DNA of 64,000 nt from Squalus acanthias (Eukaryota): positions 36,272,001-36,336,000 of the forward strand of contig CM059432.1 in NCBI GenBank assembly GCA_030390025.1, in the 5' to 3' direction. Positions 37,051-49,983 of this stretch are shown piece after piece. A program made the translations under genes and the position numbers. A model generated the notes under the pieces. That model made no database searches, had not been told where the DNA came from, and saw only the letters and a program-made list of their open reading frames with translations. Position 1 is the stretch's first letter. Every line of letters starts with the position of its first letter.

Positions 37051-39159
37051 CATAGAAGATCGGAGCAGGAGTAGGCCATTCGGCCCCTCGAGCCTGCTCC
37101 GCCATTTAATGAGATAATGGCTGATCATCCAAATTCAGTACCCTTTCCCTGCTTTCTCCCCATATCCCTTGATCCCTTTAGCCTTAAGAAATATATCTAA
37201 CTCCTTCTTGAATATATTTAATGAATTGGCCTCAACTGCCTTCTGTGGTAGAGAATTCCACAGGTTCACCACTCTCTGGGTGAAGAAATTCCTCCTCATC
37301 TCTGTCCTAAATGGCTTACCCCTTATCCTTAGACTGTGACCTCTGGTTCTGGACTCCCCCGCCATCGGGAACATCCTTCCTGCATCTAGTCTGTCTAGTC
37401 CTGTTAGAATTTTATAAGTTTCAATGAGATCCCCTCTCATTCTTCGAAACTCTAGCGAATATAAGCCTAATTGACCCAATCTCTCTCCATACGTCATTCC
37501 TGCCATCCCAGGTATCAGTCTGGTAAATCTTCGCTGCACTCCCTCCATGGCAAGAACATCCTTCCTCAGATAAGGCGACCAAAACTGCACACAATACTCA
37601 AGGTGTGGTCTCACCAAGGCCTTGTACAACTGCAGCAAGACATCCTTGCTCCTGTACTCGAATCCTCTTGCTATGAAGGCCAACATACCATTTGCCTTCT
37701 TAACCGCCTGCTGACCTGCATGCTTACCTTCAGCGACTGGTGCACAAGGACTCCCAGATCTCGTTGCACTTCCCCTTTTCCCAATCTATTGCCGTTCAGA
37801 TAATCTTTCTTCCTGTTTTTGCCACCAAAGTGGATAACCTTGCATTTATCCACATTATACTGCATCTGCCCAATCACCCAACCTGTCCAAATCATACTGG
37901 AGTTTCTCGGCATCCTCCTCACAGCACACACGCCCACCCAGCTTTGTGTCGTCTGCAAACTTGGAGATATTACATCTAGTTCCCTCGTCTAGATCATTAA
38001 TATATATTGTGAATAGCTGGGGTCCTAGCACCGATCCCTGCGGTACCCCACTAGTCACTGCCTGCCACTCGGAAAAAGACCCGTTTATTCCAACTCTTTG
38101 CTTCCTGACTGCCAACCAGTTCTCTATCCAAATCAGTACCTTACCCCCAATCCCATGTGCTTTAACTTTGCACGCTAATCTCTTATGCGGGACCTTATCG
38201 AAAGCCTTCTGAAAGTCCAAATACACCACATCCACTGGTTCTCCCTTATCTATTTTCCCAGTTACATCCTCAAAAAATTCCAGTAGATTAGTCAAGCACG
38301 ATTTACCTTTTGTAAATCCATGTTGACTTTGTCCGATCCTGTCACTATTTTCCAAGTGCTCTGCTATTACATCTTTTATAATGGACTCTAGCATTTTCCC
38401 CACAACCGATGTCAGGCTTAATTCCCCGTTTTCTCTCTACCACCTTTTTTAAATAGTCGGGTTACATTAGCTACCTTCCAATCCATGGGAGCTGTGCCTG
38501 AGTCTATAGTATTTTGGAAGATGACCAGCAATGCATCTACTATTTCTAGGGCCACTTCCTTAAGTACCCTAGGATGTAGATTATCAGGCCCTGGGGATTT
38601 ATCGGCCTTCAATCCCGTCAATTTCCCTAACACCATTTCCCTACAAATACTGATTTCTTTCAGTTCCTCCCTCTCATTAGACCCTATGTTCCCGACATCT
38701 CTGGGAGGTTATTTGTGTCCTCCTTTGTGAAGACAGAACCAAAGTATGTATTTAATTGGTCAGCCATTTCTTTGTTCCCCATTATAAATTCCCCTGATTG
38801 TGACTGCAAGGGACCTACGCTTGACTTCAATCTTTTTCTCTTCACATATCTATAGAAGCTTTTACAGTCAGTTTTTATGTTCCCTGTAAGCTTACTCTAA
38901 TATTCTATTTTCCCCCTCTTAATTAATCCCTTTGTCCTCCTTTGCTGAATCCTAAACTGCTCCCAATCCTCAGATTTGCTGCTTTTTCTGGCCAATTTAT
39001 ATGTCCTCTCCTTGGATCTTATGCTATCCCTAATTTCCCTTGTTAGCCACGGTTGAGTCACCCTTTTTGTTTTATTTTTATGCCAAACAGGGATGAACAA
39101 ATTCTGTAGTTCATCCATGCGATCTTTAAATGTTTGCCATTGCCTATCCACCGTCAACC
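37051..39159 (-). mobile_element. 5'-truncated CR1, same subfamily as 10150-14277
   Basis: Near-identical RT peptides (ORFs 37135, 37855, 38418). Confidence 0.93.
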
Positions 39160-39632
39160 TAGATGTAATATCTCCAAGTTTGCAGATGACACAAAACTGG
39201 GTGGGCGTGTGTGCTGCGAGGAGGATGCCGAGAAACTCCAGGATGATTTGGACAGGTTGGGTGATTGGGCAGAAGCGTGGCAGATGCAATATAATGTGGA
39301 TAAATGCGAGGTTATTCACTTTGGTGTCAAAAACAGAAAGGCAGATTATTATCTGAATGGCAATAGATTGGGAGAAGGGGAAGTGCAACGAGACCTGGGT
39401 GTCCTTGTGCACCAGTCGCTGAAGGTAAGCATGCAGGTGCAGCAGGCGGTTAAGAAGGCAAATGGTATGTTGGCCTTCATAGCGAGAGGGTTTGAGTACA
39501 GGAACAAGGATGTCTTGCTACAGTTGTACAGGGCCTTGGTGAGACCACACCTTGAGTACTGTGTGCAGTTTTGGTCGCCTTATCTGAGGAAGGATGTTCT
39601 TGCCATGGAAGGAGTTCAGCGAAGATTCACAA
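39160..39632 (+). mobile_element. Inverted CR1 segment abutting the previous element
   Basis: CNISKFADD...VQRRFTR; inverted homologue of ~37523-37979. Confidence 0.9.
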
Positions 39633-39654
39633 GGCCAGCATTTCTTGCCCATCC

Positions 39655-39702
39655 CTTAAAGGGCCTGCGCGGTCTGAATTTTTTTTTATATAGGGAACAT
39701 TG
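39655..39702. mobile_element. One end of a hAT MITE
   Basis: Ends in GGGAACATTG, the TIR of the 15277/43040 family. Confidence 0.6.
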
Positions 39703-42078
39703 ATTGGTACCCAATCCACCACCTTAAATATTCATCGACCATCTACAAGATGCACTGCAGCAACTCGCCAAGGCTTCTTTGGCAGCACCTCCTAAACCTG
39801 CAACCTCAACCACCTAGAAGGAAAAGGGCAGCAGGCGCATGGGAACACCTTCACCTGCAAGGTCCCCTCCAAGTCACTCACCATCCTGACTTGGAAGTGT
39901 ATCGCCGATCCTTCATCGTCGCTGGGTAAAAATCCTGGAACTCGCTCCCTAACAACACTGTGGGAGTACCTTCACCTCTCGGACTGCAGCGGTTCAAGGC
40001 GGCGGCTCACCACCTCTTTTCTTTTAGGCAGTCCCTCGGAACCGAGGATGACTTGCTTCCACACTAAAAATGAGTTCTCAGGTGACTGAGTCCAATGCGG
40101 GACCTACAGTCTCTGTCACAGATGGGGCAGACGATGGTTGAAGGGTCGAGTGGGTAGGGTGCTTGGGTTGACGTGCGCTCCTTCCGCTGTTTGTGCTTGG
40201 CTTCCGCTTGTTCCCGACGAAGAGACTCGAGGTGTTCGGCGCCTTCCCGGATACTTCTCCTCCACTTTGTGCGGTCTTGGGCCAGGGATTCCCAGGTGTC
40301 GGTGGGGATGTTGCACTTTTTCAAGGAGGCTTTGAGGGTGTCCTTGAAGCGTTTCCTCTGCCCACCTGGGGCTCTCTTGCAGTGTCAGAACTCCGAGTAG
40401 AGCGCTTGTTTTGGGAGTCTCGTATCGGGCATGCAGATGATGTGGCCGGTCCATCGGAGCTGATCGAGCGTGGTCAAAGCTTTGATGCTGGGATGTTGGC
40501 CTAAGCGAGAACACTGACGTTGGTGCGCCTATCCTGCCAATGGATTTGCAGGATCTTGCGGAGGCAGTGCTAGTGGTACCTCTCCAGTGCTTTGATGTGC
40601 CTGCTGTACATGGTCCATGTCTCTGAAGCATACAGGAGGGTGGGTATCACTACTGCTCTGTAGAGCATGAGCTTAGTGCTGGGTTTGAGGTCCTGGTCTT
40701 CAAACACTCTTCCTCAGGTGACCGAAGGCTGCACTGGCACACTGAAGGCTGTGTTGGACTTTGTCATCGATGTCTGCCCTTGTTGACAGTAGGCTCCCGA
40801 GGTATGGAAAGTGGTCCACGTTGTCCAAGGTCTCATCATGGATTTTGATAATCGGGGAGCAGTACTGTGTGGCGGGGGCCAGTTGGTAGAGGATCTTTGT
40901 CTTACGGATGTTTAGTGTAAGGCCCATGCTCTCGTCCGCTTCGGTGAATGTGTTGACAATGGTTTGGAGTTTGGCCTCTGCGCAGACGCAAGTGTCGTCT
41001 GCATACTGTAATTCGACAACAGAGGATGGGACGACCTTGAATCTGGACTGGAGGTGACGGAGGTTGAACAGTTTCCCGTTTGTCCTGTAGATTAGCTCCA
41101 CTCCAGCGGGGAGCTTACTGAGGGTGAGATGGAGCATTGCAGCCAGGAAGATCGAGAAGAGCGTTGGTGCGATGACACAGCCTTGCTTGACCCCGGTCCA
41201 TACGTGAATTGGGTCTGTGGTGGATCCGTTGGTCAGGATCACGGCTTGCATGTTGTCGTGACAAACTTTTGAGGGCAGCCGAATTTGAGGAGAACACTCC
41301 ATAATCCCTCACGGTTGACGGTGTTGAAGGCCTTTGTGAGGTCAAAGAAGGCCATGTGCAGCGGTTGGTGCTGTTCCCTGCATTTCTCTTTTGTTAACGT
41401 GCGGTGAAGATCATGACCATTGTGCCCCTTATTGGGCGGAATCCACATTACGACTCTGGGAGGAGCTCTTCAGCCACTGGGAGAAGGCGATTGAGGAGGA
41501 TTCTTGCGATGACTTTCCCTGTGGCAGACAGCAGGGAGACTCCTCTGTAATTACTGCAATCGGACTTGTCACCTTTCTTGAAGGTGGTCACAGTTACAGT
41601 GTCTGAGATCCCCTGGCATGCTCTTCTCCTTCCAAATAAGAGAAATGAGTTCATGTATTCGCACCAATAGTGCTTCTCCACCATATTTTAGCGCCTCAGT
41701 GGGGATTCCATCTGCTCCTGAGGCCTTGTTCTTCAGTTGTTGGATGGCCTTTTCAACCTCATGCCGGGCTGGGGTTGTGCTGCGGTGGTGGCGGGTAGCA
41801 TGCTGCGGGATGGAGTTGAGGACACTCGCATCGAAGACAGAGTCTCGGTTAAGGAGATCTTCGAAGTGCTCCTTCCAGCGGGCACTGACGTGCAGCTCTC
41901 TGTCCTTGATGAGTACCTCTCCGTTCTTTGCCCGCAGTGGGGTAGGACCTTGGGTGCTTGGGCCGTAGGTGGTCTTGACTGCGCTCACCACCACCTTCTC
42001 AAGGGCAATTAGGGATGGGCAATAAATGCTGGCCTTGCCAGCGACTCCCACATCCCATGAATGAATAATTTAAAAAAA
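39703..42078 (+). mobile_element. 3' fragment of the single-ORF LINE family, split by an RTE insertion
   Basis: 39703-40014 and 41983-42078 are collinear with ~32440-32860. Confidence 0.85.
40015..41982 (-). mobile_element. 5'-truncated RTE-clade LINE
   Basis: 10-bp TSD GCTCACCACC (40005-40014, 41983-41992); KASGADGIPTE, FFDLTKAFNTVNRE, GVKQGCVIAPTLF and LQYADD; C-terminal CPICDRDC..SHLRTH zinc finger. Confidence 0.93.
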
Positions 42079-42504
42079 GCCGTACTATGGTGTATCTGAG
42101 TGCAAGTGCCCATAATGTGGCAGTTGTGTGCTGTGGGCCCAAATGAGACACTCCAAACCTCTTTCATACATGACCTTCATAGGCAATAGAAAGAGGAAAC
42201 TCTCATCATATTAGTCTGGGCTGGGTCAGAACCCATGTTCCAGAGGTGAAAGGCCATTGTATAACTCATTGCACCTCCCATCCTGTCCCTACAGCTACTG
42301 GAACTTGACCAACACTGTTTTAAATTTATCCCATCTTCACGTCTAGGCTTACACTGTGAATATTAGAAGGCAGGCTGAATTGCGGGGCGTTGCATCTGAA
42401 CTGGATTCTGTCTGTTCCAAATGGGAGCCACTAATTGGAATCAGGGGTGGTGCCCTTGGCTGAAGCTAATTGTGGATGCTTTTTATATTTTAGATCTCCG
42501 CCAC

Positions 42505-43278
42505 GCAGACCACCTGCTTCCACTTCTGTAATATTGCCCGTCTCTGCTCCTGCCTCAGCCCATCTACTGCTGAAACCCTCATCCATGCTTTTGTTTCCTT
42601 CAGACTCAATTATTCCAATGTTCTTCTGGCTGGCCTCCCATCTTCCACCCTCCATAAACTTGAGCTCATCCAAAACTCTGCTGCCTGTTCATTCATCACC
42701 TCTGCTCACTGGCCTATATTGGCTCCTGCTCCAGCAACGCCTCAAATTTTAAATTTTCATTCTTGTGTTCAAATCTCTCCATGGCCATGCCCCTCCATAT
42801 CTCTGAAACCTCCTCCAGCCCTAAAGCACTCCAAGAACTCTGCATTCCTCCAATTCTGGCCTCTTGTGCATCCACGATTTCCTTCACCCCATCATTGGTG
42901 GCCGTGCCTTCAGCTGTTTAGGCCCTAACCTCTGGAATTCCCTCCCTAAACCTCTCTGCCTCTTCAATTCTCTCCTTTTGAGATGCTCCTTAAAACCTAC
43001 CTCTTTGACCAAGCTTTTGATCACCTAACATCTCCTCATCAATGTTCCCTTTAAGCTGTGCAGTGCTCTAGAGGTTCCGTGCAGCCGGTGAGCCGGCTTT
43101 TACATGCAAAAATGGCGCATGCGTGGATTTTTGAATGGGCTGCGTGGGTACGACCGAAAAAACATTAGGGGTAACATTGCTCCTTATGTGCCTCGGTGTG
43201 AACGTTTGATACCACCCCTGTGAAGTGCTTTGGGACGTTTCACTATATTAAAACCCTTTATAAATGAAAGTTGTTGTC
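42505..43278 (+). mobile_element. L2 LINE 3' fragment containing a hAT MITE
   Basis: Collinear with 22430-23065; tail ATAAATGAAAGTTGTTG. Confidence 0.85.
43040..43179. mobile_element. hAT-type MITE (~140 bp)
   Basis: TIRs CAATGTTCCC / GGTAACATTG; 8-bp TSD CTCCTCAT / CTCCTTAT. Confidence 0.88.
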
Positions 43279-43999
43279 GTAGATGGATATATAGCCCTCG
43301 TTTACTAGGTTGAGAGCTACTTGCTAAGATTGAATTGATCTTGTTGAGAGATGTGTTTAGTGTTTTGGTATGCTATTATGCTGTAGAAAAATAATGTTTA
43401 AGCCAATTCACTTTAATGTTCAGTGGTATTCCTCATCACTGCAAATTGGGGTCTCCACCGGTGACTCTGACCTGTAACCACCACTTCACCCTGATGTTGT
43501 AGAGCTCATGTTCTTTCCAGACATGGTCAAAGTTAGGAATGGCAAAATCTGTAATTATACCCATACAGATGAACGTTTCTCATAAATGAAGTAGACATAA
43601 AAAATTGTACATATACTTTACTGAAATCCTAATGACTGCTCAGTGGGCGGACTAATGCCACTCTCTCTGCTGAATCACATATGCAGACTCTATAATATGC
43701 CTTCAATAAATGGCTGTGTGTTTGGTGCAGTGAGTGCATTGTAATGGTGGAACAGTATTGTGTATAATGCTCACATTCATGAGTATACATGCTATACCTG
43801 GACTAAAAACTATAAATGAGATTGAATGAAATTCAGAGTTGGTAGATGTTTGAATTCTTCACCAATGCAGTAAATTTAGATTTCTTTACTTTCTCGCACA
43901 AAGGTCTTTGTCATACTGGGATAGTTTGAATATTAGAGAGATGAAGTTCAGGTGGACCAAATGGTCCATTCTACCCTTAACACTTATGTTTTTAAAAAT

Positions 44000-44340
44000 G
44001 AATTCTCTGGATGTGAGCACCACTGCAAGGCACTTATTACGTATCCCTAGTTGTCCTTGTACAACTTCAGAGGGCAGTTAAGAGTCAACCACGTTGGTAT
44101 CGGACTAGTGTCCCATATATATGGCAGACTGGGTAAGGATGGCAGATTTCCTTCCCTGAAGGACTTTAGTGAACCGGTTGGGTCTTAATGACAATCTGAT
44201 AACTTCATGGTCACTTTTTACTGATGCCAGCTTTTTATTTACAGATTTATTTATTTTTTTTAAACCAAATTTAAATTCTCAGACTGGGATTTGAAATTAC
44301 GTTCTCTGGATTACTAGTCCAGTAATATAACCACTGCACA
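44000..44340 (-). mobile_element. Bipartite tRNA-headed SINE (5' head/UTR plus 3' tail of the single-ORF LINE)
   Basis: The - strand starts GTGCAGTGGTTATATTACTGGACTAGTAATCCAGAG, matching 49995-50030, and ends with a CTAGGGATACGTAATAAG tail-like sequence. Confidence 0.8.
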
Positions 44341-45254
44341 ATTGTCCTCTGACCAAGTATGTGAATTGCTTCCTTCCAGGCGTTTCTCACTACCATTCTT
44401 ACATGGGCATCTTGTGTCAAATCCAAAACTGGACAGGATACAGATGAGGCAGATGGGGGGGGGGGGATTGTGACTTGAGTTGTAATGTTTTCTTTCCTGT
44501 TGATTGATTACCTCAGTAGCTAAAGTTTCCACATCATAAGACAAAGCAATAAGTGGGGTTGAAAATGGCTTTTATCAGAAGTTTAATGTCCTGTTTAAGT
44601 TTTAGAAATTTCTGAATAATCTACTTAAAGATGGACTTTATGGCCCAAACAGGCAACCGCCTAATGGATGTGTACAGGAGTGTGAGACATGTAGATTGGC
44701 AGTATTCTCGCCACCACTGACCCTGCTTTTCCTACCTTCTTGAAATTGAAGGAAGTAGAAAAATCATACCTTTTTTGTTTTAAGGTAAGCTTTAATTGTG
44801 TGAAACCATTTGCTTTTAGGTGTAGTGGTGTAGCAGTCTAGCTGAGAAACATCCTTTTCAACACCTGTGTGGACAAATAAAGCTGGGTTGTGGAACACAT
44901 CTGTGCTCATGTGGCAGTTAGCTGCCCCATGTCTAATTCTGAGAAATTTATACTGCTATACAGTAATATAGAAGTGGTTCAGGACACTTAAACACACTGA
45001 TATTTAAGAGGGCGCAACGTAAACCGTATTCCCAACATGATTTTCTCCAGTTAATCTCCCAAAATGAATCCTCCCCCCTCCCTGGGTAGGTCTTGACTCT
45101 TGGGGTATGATTTCATGGGGGCTGGCAACCCCTGGGATTTTGCTCAAGTTGCCATCCCTGTGCCAGGAGGTCACTTGATCTGGGCCAAGTCCATTCCTGT
45201 TCTACTCTTCGTGGGGTACTGTAACATAATCAGCAGTAGGAATGCTGGCTGATT

Positions 45255-46330
45255 GTTTCCCCCCCCCCCCCCTTCTCCACTTCCTTCCCCCCCCCTTCTC
45301 CACTTCCTTCCCCCCCCCCTCTCCACTTCCTTCCCCCCCCCCCTTCTCCACTTCCTTCCCCCCCCCCCTTCTCCACTTCCTTCCCCCCCCCCTTCTCCAC
45401 TTCCTTCCCCCCCCCCTTCCACCCTTCCCCCCCCCTTCTCCACTTCCTTCCCCCCCCCTCTCCACTTCCTTCCCCCCCTCCCACTTCCTTCCCCCCCCCT
45501 TCTCCACTTCCTTCCCCCCCCCTTCTCCACTTCCTTCCCCCCCCCTTCTCCACTTCCTTCCCCCCCCTTCTCCACTTCCTTCCCCCCCCTTCTCCACTTC
45601 CTTCCCCCCCCCCCACTTCCTTCCCCCCCCTTCTCCACTTCCTTCCCCCCCTTCTCCACTTCCTTCCCCCCCTTCTCCACTTCCCCCCCCCCCTCCACTT
45701 CCCCCCCCCTTCTCCACTTCCTTCCCCCCCTTCTCGACTTCCTTCCCCCCCCTTCTCCACTTCCTTCCCCCCCTTCTCCACTTCCTTCCCCCCTTCTCCA
45801 CTTCCCTTCCCCCCCCTTCTCCACTTCCTTCCCCCCCCTTCTCCACTTCCTTCCCCCCCCTTCTCCACTTCCTTCCCCCCCCCTTCTCCACTTCCTTCCC
45901 CCCCCCTTCTCCACTTCCTTCCCCCCCCCTTCTCCACTTCCTTCCCCCCCCCTTCTCCACTTCCTTCCCCCCCCTTCTCCACTTCCTCCCCCCCCTTCTC
46001 CACTTCCTTCCCCCCCCCTTCTCCACTTCCTTCCCCCCCCCCTTCTCCACTTCCTTCCCCCCCCCCTTCTCCACTTCCTTCCCCCCCCCCTTCTCCACTT
46101 CCTTCCCCCCCCCCTTCTCCACTTCCTTCCCCCCCCCCTTCTCCACTTCCTTCCCCCCCCCCTTCTCCACTTCCTTCCCCCCCCCCTTCTCCACTTCCTT
46201 CCCCCCCCCCTTCTCCACTTCCTTCCCCCCCCCCCTTCTCCACTTCCTTCCCCCCCCCCCTTCTCCACTTCCTTCCCCCCCCCTTCTCCACTTCCTTCCC
46301 CCCCCCTCTCCACTTCCTTCCCCCCCCGCC
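45255..46330. repeat. Polypyrimidine minisatellite, unit ~TTCTCCACTTCCTT(C)6-11
   Basis: About 1.07 kb of tandem ~20-26-nt units, almost all C/T on +. Confidence 0.97.
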
Positions 46331-48689
46331 CTGCCTTTCTCCTTTACTTGCCCCCCCTCGCCTTTCTCCTTTACTTGCCCCTTCGTTGGGGAAGGGGGGG
46401 GGCTCTGAGGTCCATTTTACAGCTCAAGTGCGGCTGAGTTCAGCTAACTTGATGGAAGATTGAACCTGGTGATTACTGCAATGAAGTATCCTTCCTTGTA
46501 TGCTTGGAAGTAGTGCTACACGTGCGTAGGGTTTTAAAAAAAAAAATTGACGTTGAAGTTGGCTGCAGTGATGACGATGGTGGCAGCCGGTGTAGGATGT
46601 CACATTCTAAGTATGTGGTGGTTCTGAATTTCACTGCATTGAAGATCGTATTAACTGTTGACTTTAACATGACTGCCCAGAGGTAGGTAAAGAAAAAACT
46701 TGCAGGTGATCTGAGGTGTATGTTTGTGACATGACTTGTGTGTCTAGTTCAAATGGTTACCCTGTGTTACCTCTCTGGCAGCAAAATAGATGAGGTGTTG
46801 GATGCTTTAAAAAAAAAAACAACTTTACATACAGCAGGAGCAGCTCAAACTGTGTAATGAAGGCCTGTCTGAGTCAGGATGGTGAGATACTGGTTTTAGT
46901 TTACCATTGAGTGATATTCTATATTTAGCTGAAAGGACAAATGTCAGTGCTCAAGCTGTGCAGCTTCCACTAGAGCATGAAATGGGGTCTGTGTGACTGT
47001 CTATGTTCATTTTCACTGCTGTATGAAACCCCTCTAGTATGGCCAGGTTGACAGCTACCGTTTTGCCATGGAGCAGGAGGCTGTGCCCCAGCTGCTCCAC
47101 AAGTACAAAGTGATTGGTTTCGGCATCAGATGCTGGTGCAGGGCACAGATAGGTGTTTTGTTTTTCCATTTCTCGGCCATCCCAGTTTTTATTTGTGAAT
47201 GTATGGGGGTGGGGTGGCGGGAGGGAGAAGGAGGAAGCATTGGTTGCTATGATTCAGATTGTAGCAAGTGTTCCAGATGATATTAAGGGAGGCTAGGAAC
47301 CATTGTTTCCCTGCTGCCTATCCCCTGAAACAAATGGGAACACGAGCATGTCTTGTGTATAGAATATTAAATAGTAAGAGATATTTTGTAATGCTGTAGT
47401 TCATTTGAGTAGTTTCTGAAAGTTGAGGCCCCCAGATTGTATTAAAGCTTCCTTCACCTTCATTTAATGTGGAACTTGGTGATTACCCTGCTGTCTTTTA
47501 AAACTCATCCCAATTGACATTATGCAAAGGGTATAATTACCCCCCTTGGTGTAACTGTAAAGATCACTCGACTGTTGTGTTGCCGCATCTAAAGGGCAGG
47601 AATGCCATGCCACCCAGTTTTGGTTTGAGGTACACTTTTCTGCCATCTCCTATGCCCAGATGTCCGCATGGCACCATTTCCCCCTCTGAGTCAGAAGGTT
47701 GTGGTGTCAATCCCCACTCCAAGGCTTGAGCGTGTTTGAAGAAGAGCAGAGTTTCTGCCACCATTACGCCTTGATCAATGCCACCAAAAAATCAGATTAA
47801 CTCCTCCTTGGCCTCTCCAGTGGAACTCCAACGTCTTCCCCCACTGCTAAAGCTGCCTTCGAGAAGCTCCGTTTCCTCTTTTCAGCCGCACATTATTCCT
47901 CCCCACCCCAACAACTGTCCAAGTCCATCCAATGCTTGAATATTGTTCCCATGTCTAGGAAGGCTCTTCTAGTGCCAGTGACCCCCTGCTGTAAAGTGTG
48001 TGTGTGTGATCACAGGATTGAGTTTGGTTCTGACATCCCCTCCACCTTTGATCTGTTTAGTATCTGGATCATGTGTGAAGACTGGTTATTTGGGGTGAAA
48101 TAGGCTGCCAGGGATCTTGGAGCTGTACCCAGCAAGAGTCGGCACTCTTCATGGAGAGAAGAGAGAAATTGGAAATAGAGGGATGTCTGTAAACTCTGTT
48201 CATTTCTCAGCACCAATGAAATCAGCTGGCAATGGAAACTTAATAGTTGCCAATGAGCTATATAATAACTAGTGTTAAAATGTGCCTCTCCACAGGGTTT
48301 AGCTTTTGTTTGTGTCATGCTTAGTCAGATTTATTGTAATTACATACCACACTCTCCTACAAGAAGCCTGAAATCATTGAGACAGTACTCCTCTTGTATG
48401 TCAGCACTACATTTAACCCCTCGTGGCCTTGTTGCTGATGATGCTGTGATGACGGTTGTGTCTAGTGTGAAGTCTGCTTCAGTATGGGTTGAAGCAGATG
48501 TGAAACTGATGGCTGTGCTGATGGGGGTTGCAGGAGTGACTGGTGTTGAATAATACCTGAGTGCAAGCCTCAGGGTGTTATGCACTTGAGATCAGCTATG
48601 ATCTCAAACCAGAAGGCATTCACTCAGGCTCAGTCAGTATTTGTTGTCACTTCGTAAACGGGAAGAGGAGAGGAAAATAAAAGCTTTGT

Positions 48690-49000
48690 GGTTTAAATCC
48701 CTGGTCTTTGCTGAGTTAGCTTATTTCCAGCCGATTAGCAGCAAGGAGGATGGTGACGTAAGTGGACTCTACACCCCAGGGCTATGGAGCTGGTAAAATC
48801 AGTCAGGGTTCTTGGTTGGTATCCTGCCAGAAAATGTGCATATGAGTGTTGGTAGATGACCGGAATCAGCTTGGCTACAATTGCACTTGAGGTCGGATAG
48901 CTTGCTGACCCTAACTAGTCTCACAGGAAGAATGGCTGCAGTACCAGTGTGTGGCCAGTGCCTGTGTAATTGTACCCTAGTGCCTTCAGGAGAAGAATGG
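48690..49000 (+). repeat. Ancient dispersed SINE-like repeat (TGAGTTAGCTGATCT family)
   Basis: Shares motifs with ~49745-49980, ~54826-55200, ~59585-59870 (+) and ~57345-57520 (-). Confidence 0.55.
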
Positions 49001-49983
49001 AGTAAATTTGAATGTTAGGAGCCAGACAGTTTGTTGCCCACCTAGATTTTTCTTGCATGAGATTGCTTTGTGAATTGTGCATAGTATGCTTAATCTCAGA
49101 GGCTCAGTAACATGATGACCTAAATGTGGGTTACACGCCGACCAGGAAGCATTACCCAGAGCTTGGAAGCAGAAGCTGGATGAGTTCCAGTAAACATACA
49201 AATGAGCTGCTGGGTTGAGTCTGCTCTGAAGTGATCACATTCTGACACTGACCTATGCTCCCTGCTATGTGCTAGCACAGGCAGGAAGTTCATCATGCCG
49301 GCATTTTGCAAACGGCTTCTGACGCATGTTAATTTTATAGTGCTGAGACTTTAACTGTTGGAGCAGTGACTTCAGTCCTAATTTTGAGCCTTGATTTTTG
49401 TTTGCAAATCTTTTGAGTTTGTATCAAATAAAAAAAAAAAAATCCAAATTGGTGCCAGCGCAATGCAAGTCTCCTTCGGGCAAATTTCATTGTGGTAACA
49501 ATTCAGAGGTACTGCAGTGTAAATTATTCACTGCTGATCTCCAGGGTTATGCCCTCTGTGTCATGCCTCCTTGTGCTTCCATGACTAATGTTTTTGCTCT
49601 GTCTGCCCTGTGGAGTGCCAGCAGTCAACAAGGAAAGCATATTCCTTTGGCTTTGACTGGACATGACTTACTGAGCCCACTTTAAGGTGCTGGCTCTCTC
49701 TGTAAAAGTGATCTATTAAAAACCTAATTTTGAGGTTTTCTGATGGCTCATTTGTACAATGCACTGTTCAGTGTGGAATTGAGCCATAGAGATCGGAAAG
49801 TCCTAGATTCCTGGTGTAGACTGGATTAATTGATCTCCACTAGGGAGGTAATTGGAGCAAGACAATTGGTCAATGTAGCCAAGCTTAAAAAAATATCCTG
49901 AGTTCCTGATTCTTATCCAGTGATCCCTCCTGGAAAGTGTCATATGTAGCACTCCTGCCTGTGATGCCCATCGCTGTTGAATA

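Noticed and set aside
45255..46330. CRISPR-like array
   Set aside because: No unique spacers and the context is eukaryotic; it is a simple tandem repeat.
45171..46437. Five overlapping ORFs of 338-394 aa (Gly/Glu/Lys- or Pro-rich)
   Set aside because: Artefacts of a stop-free minisatellite; they are open in nearly all frames.
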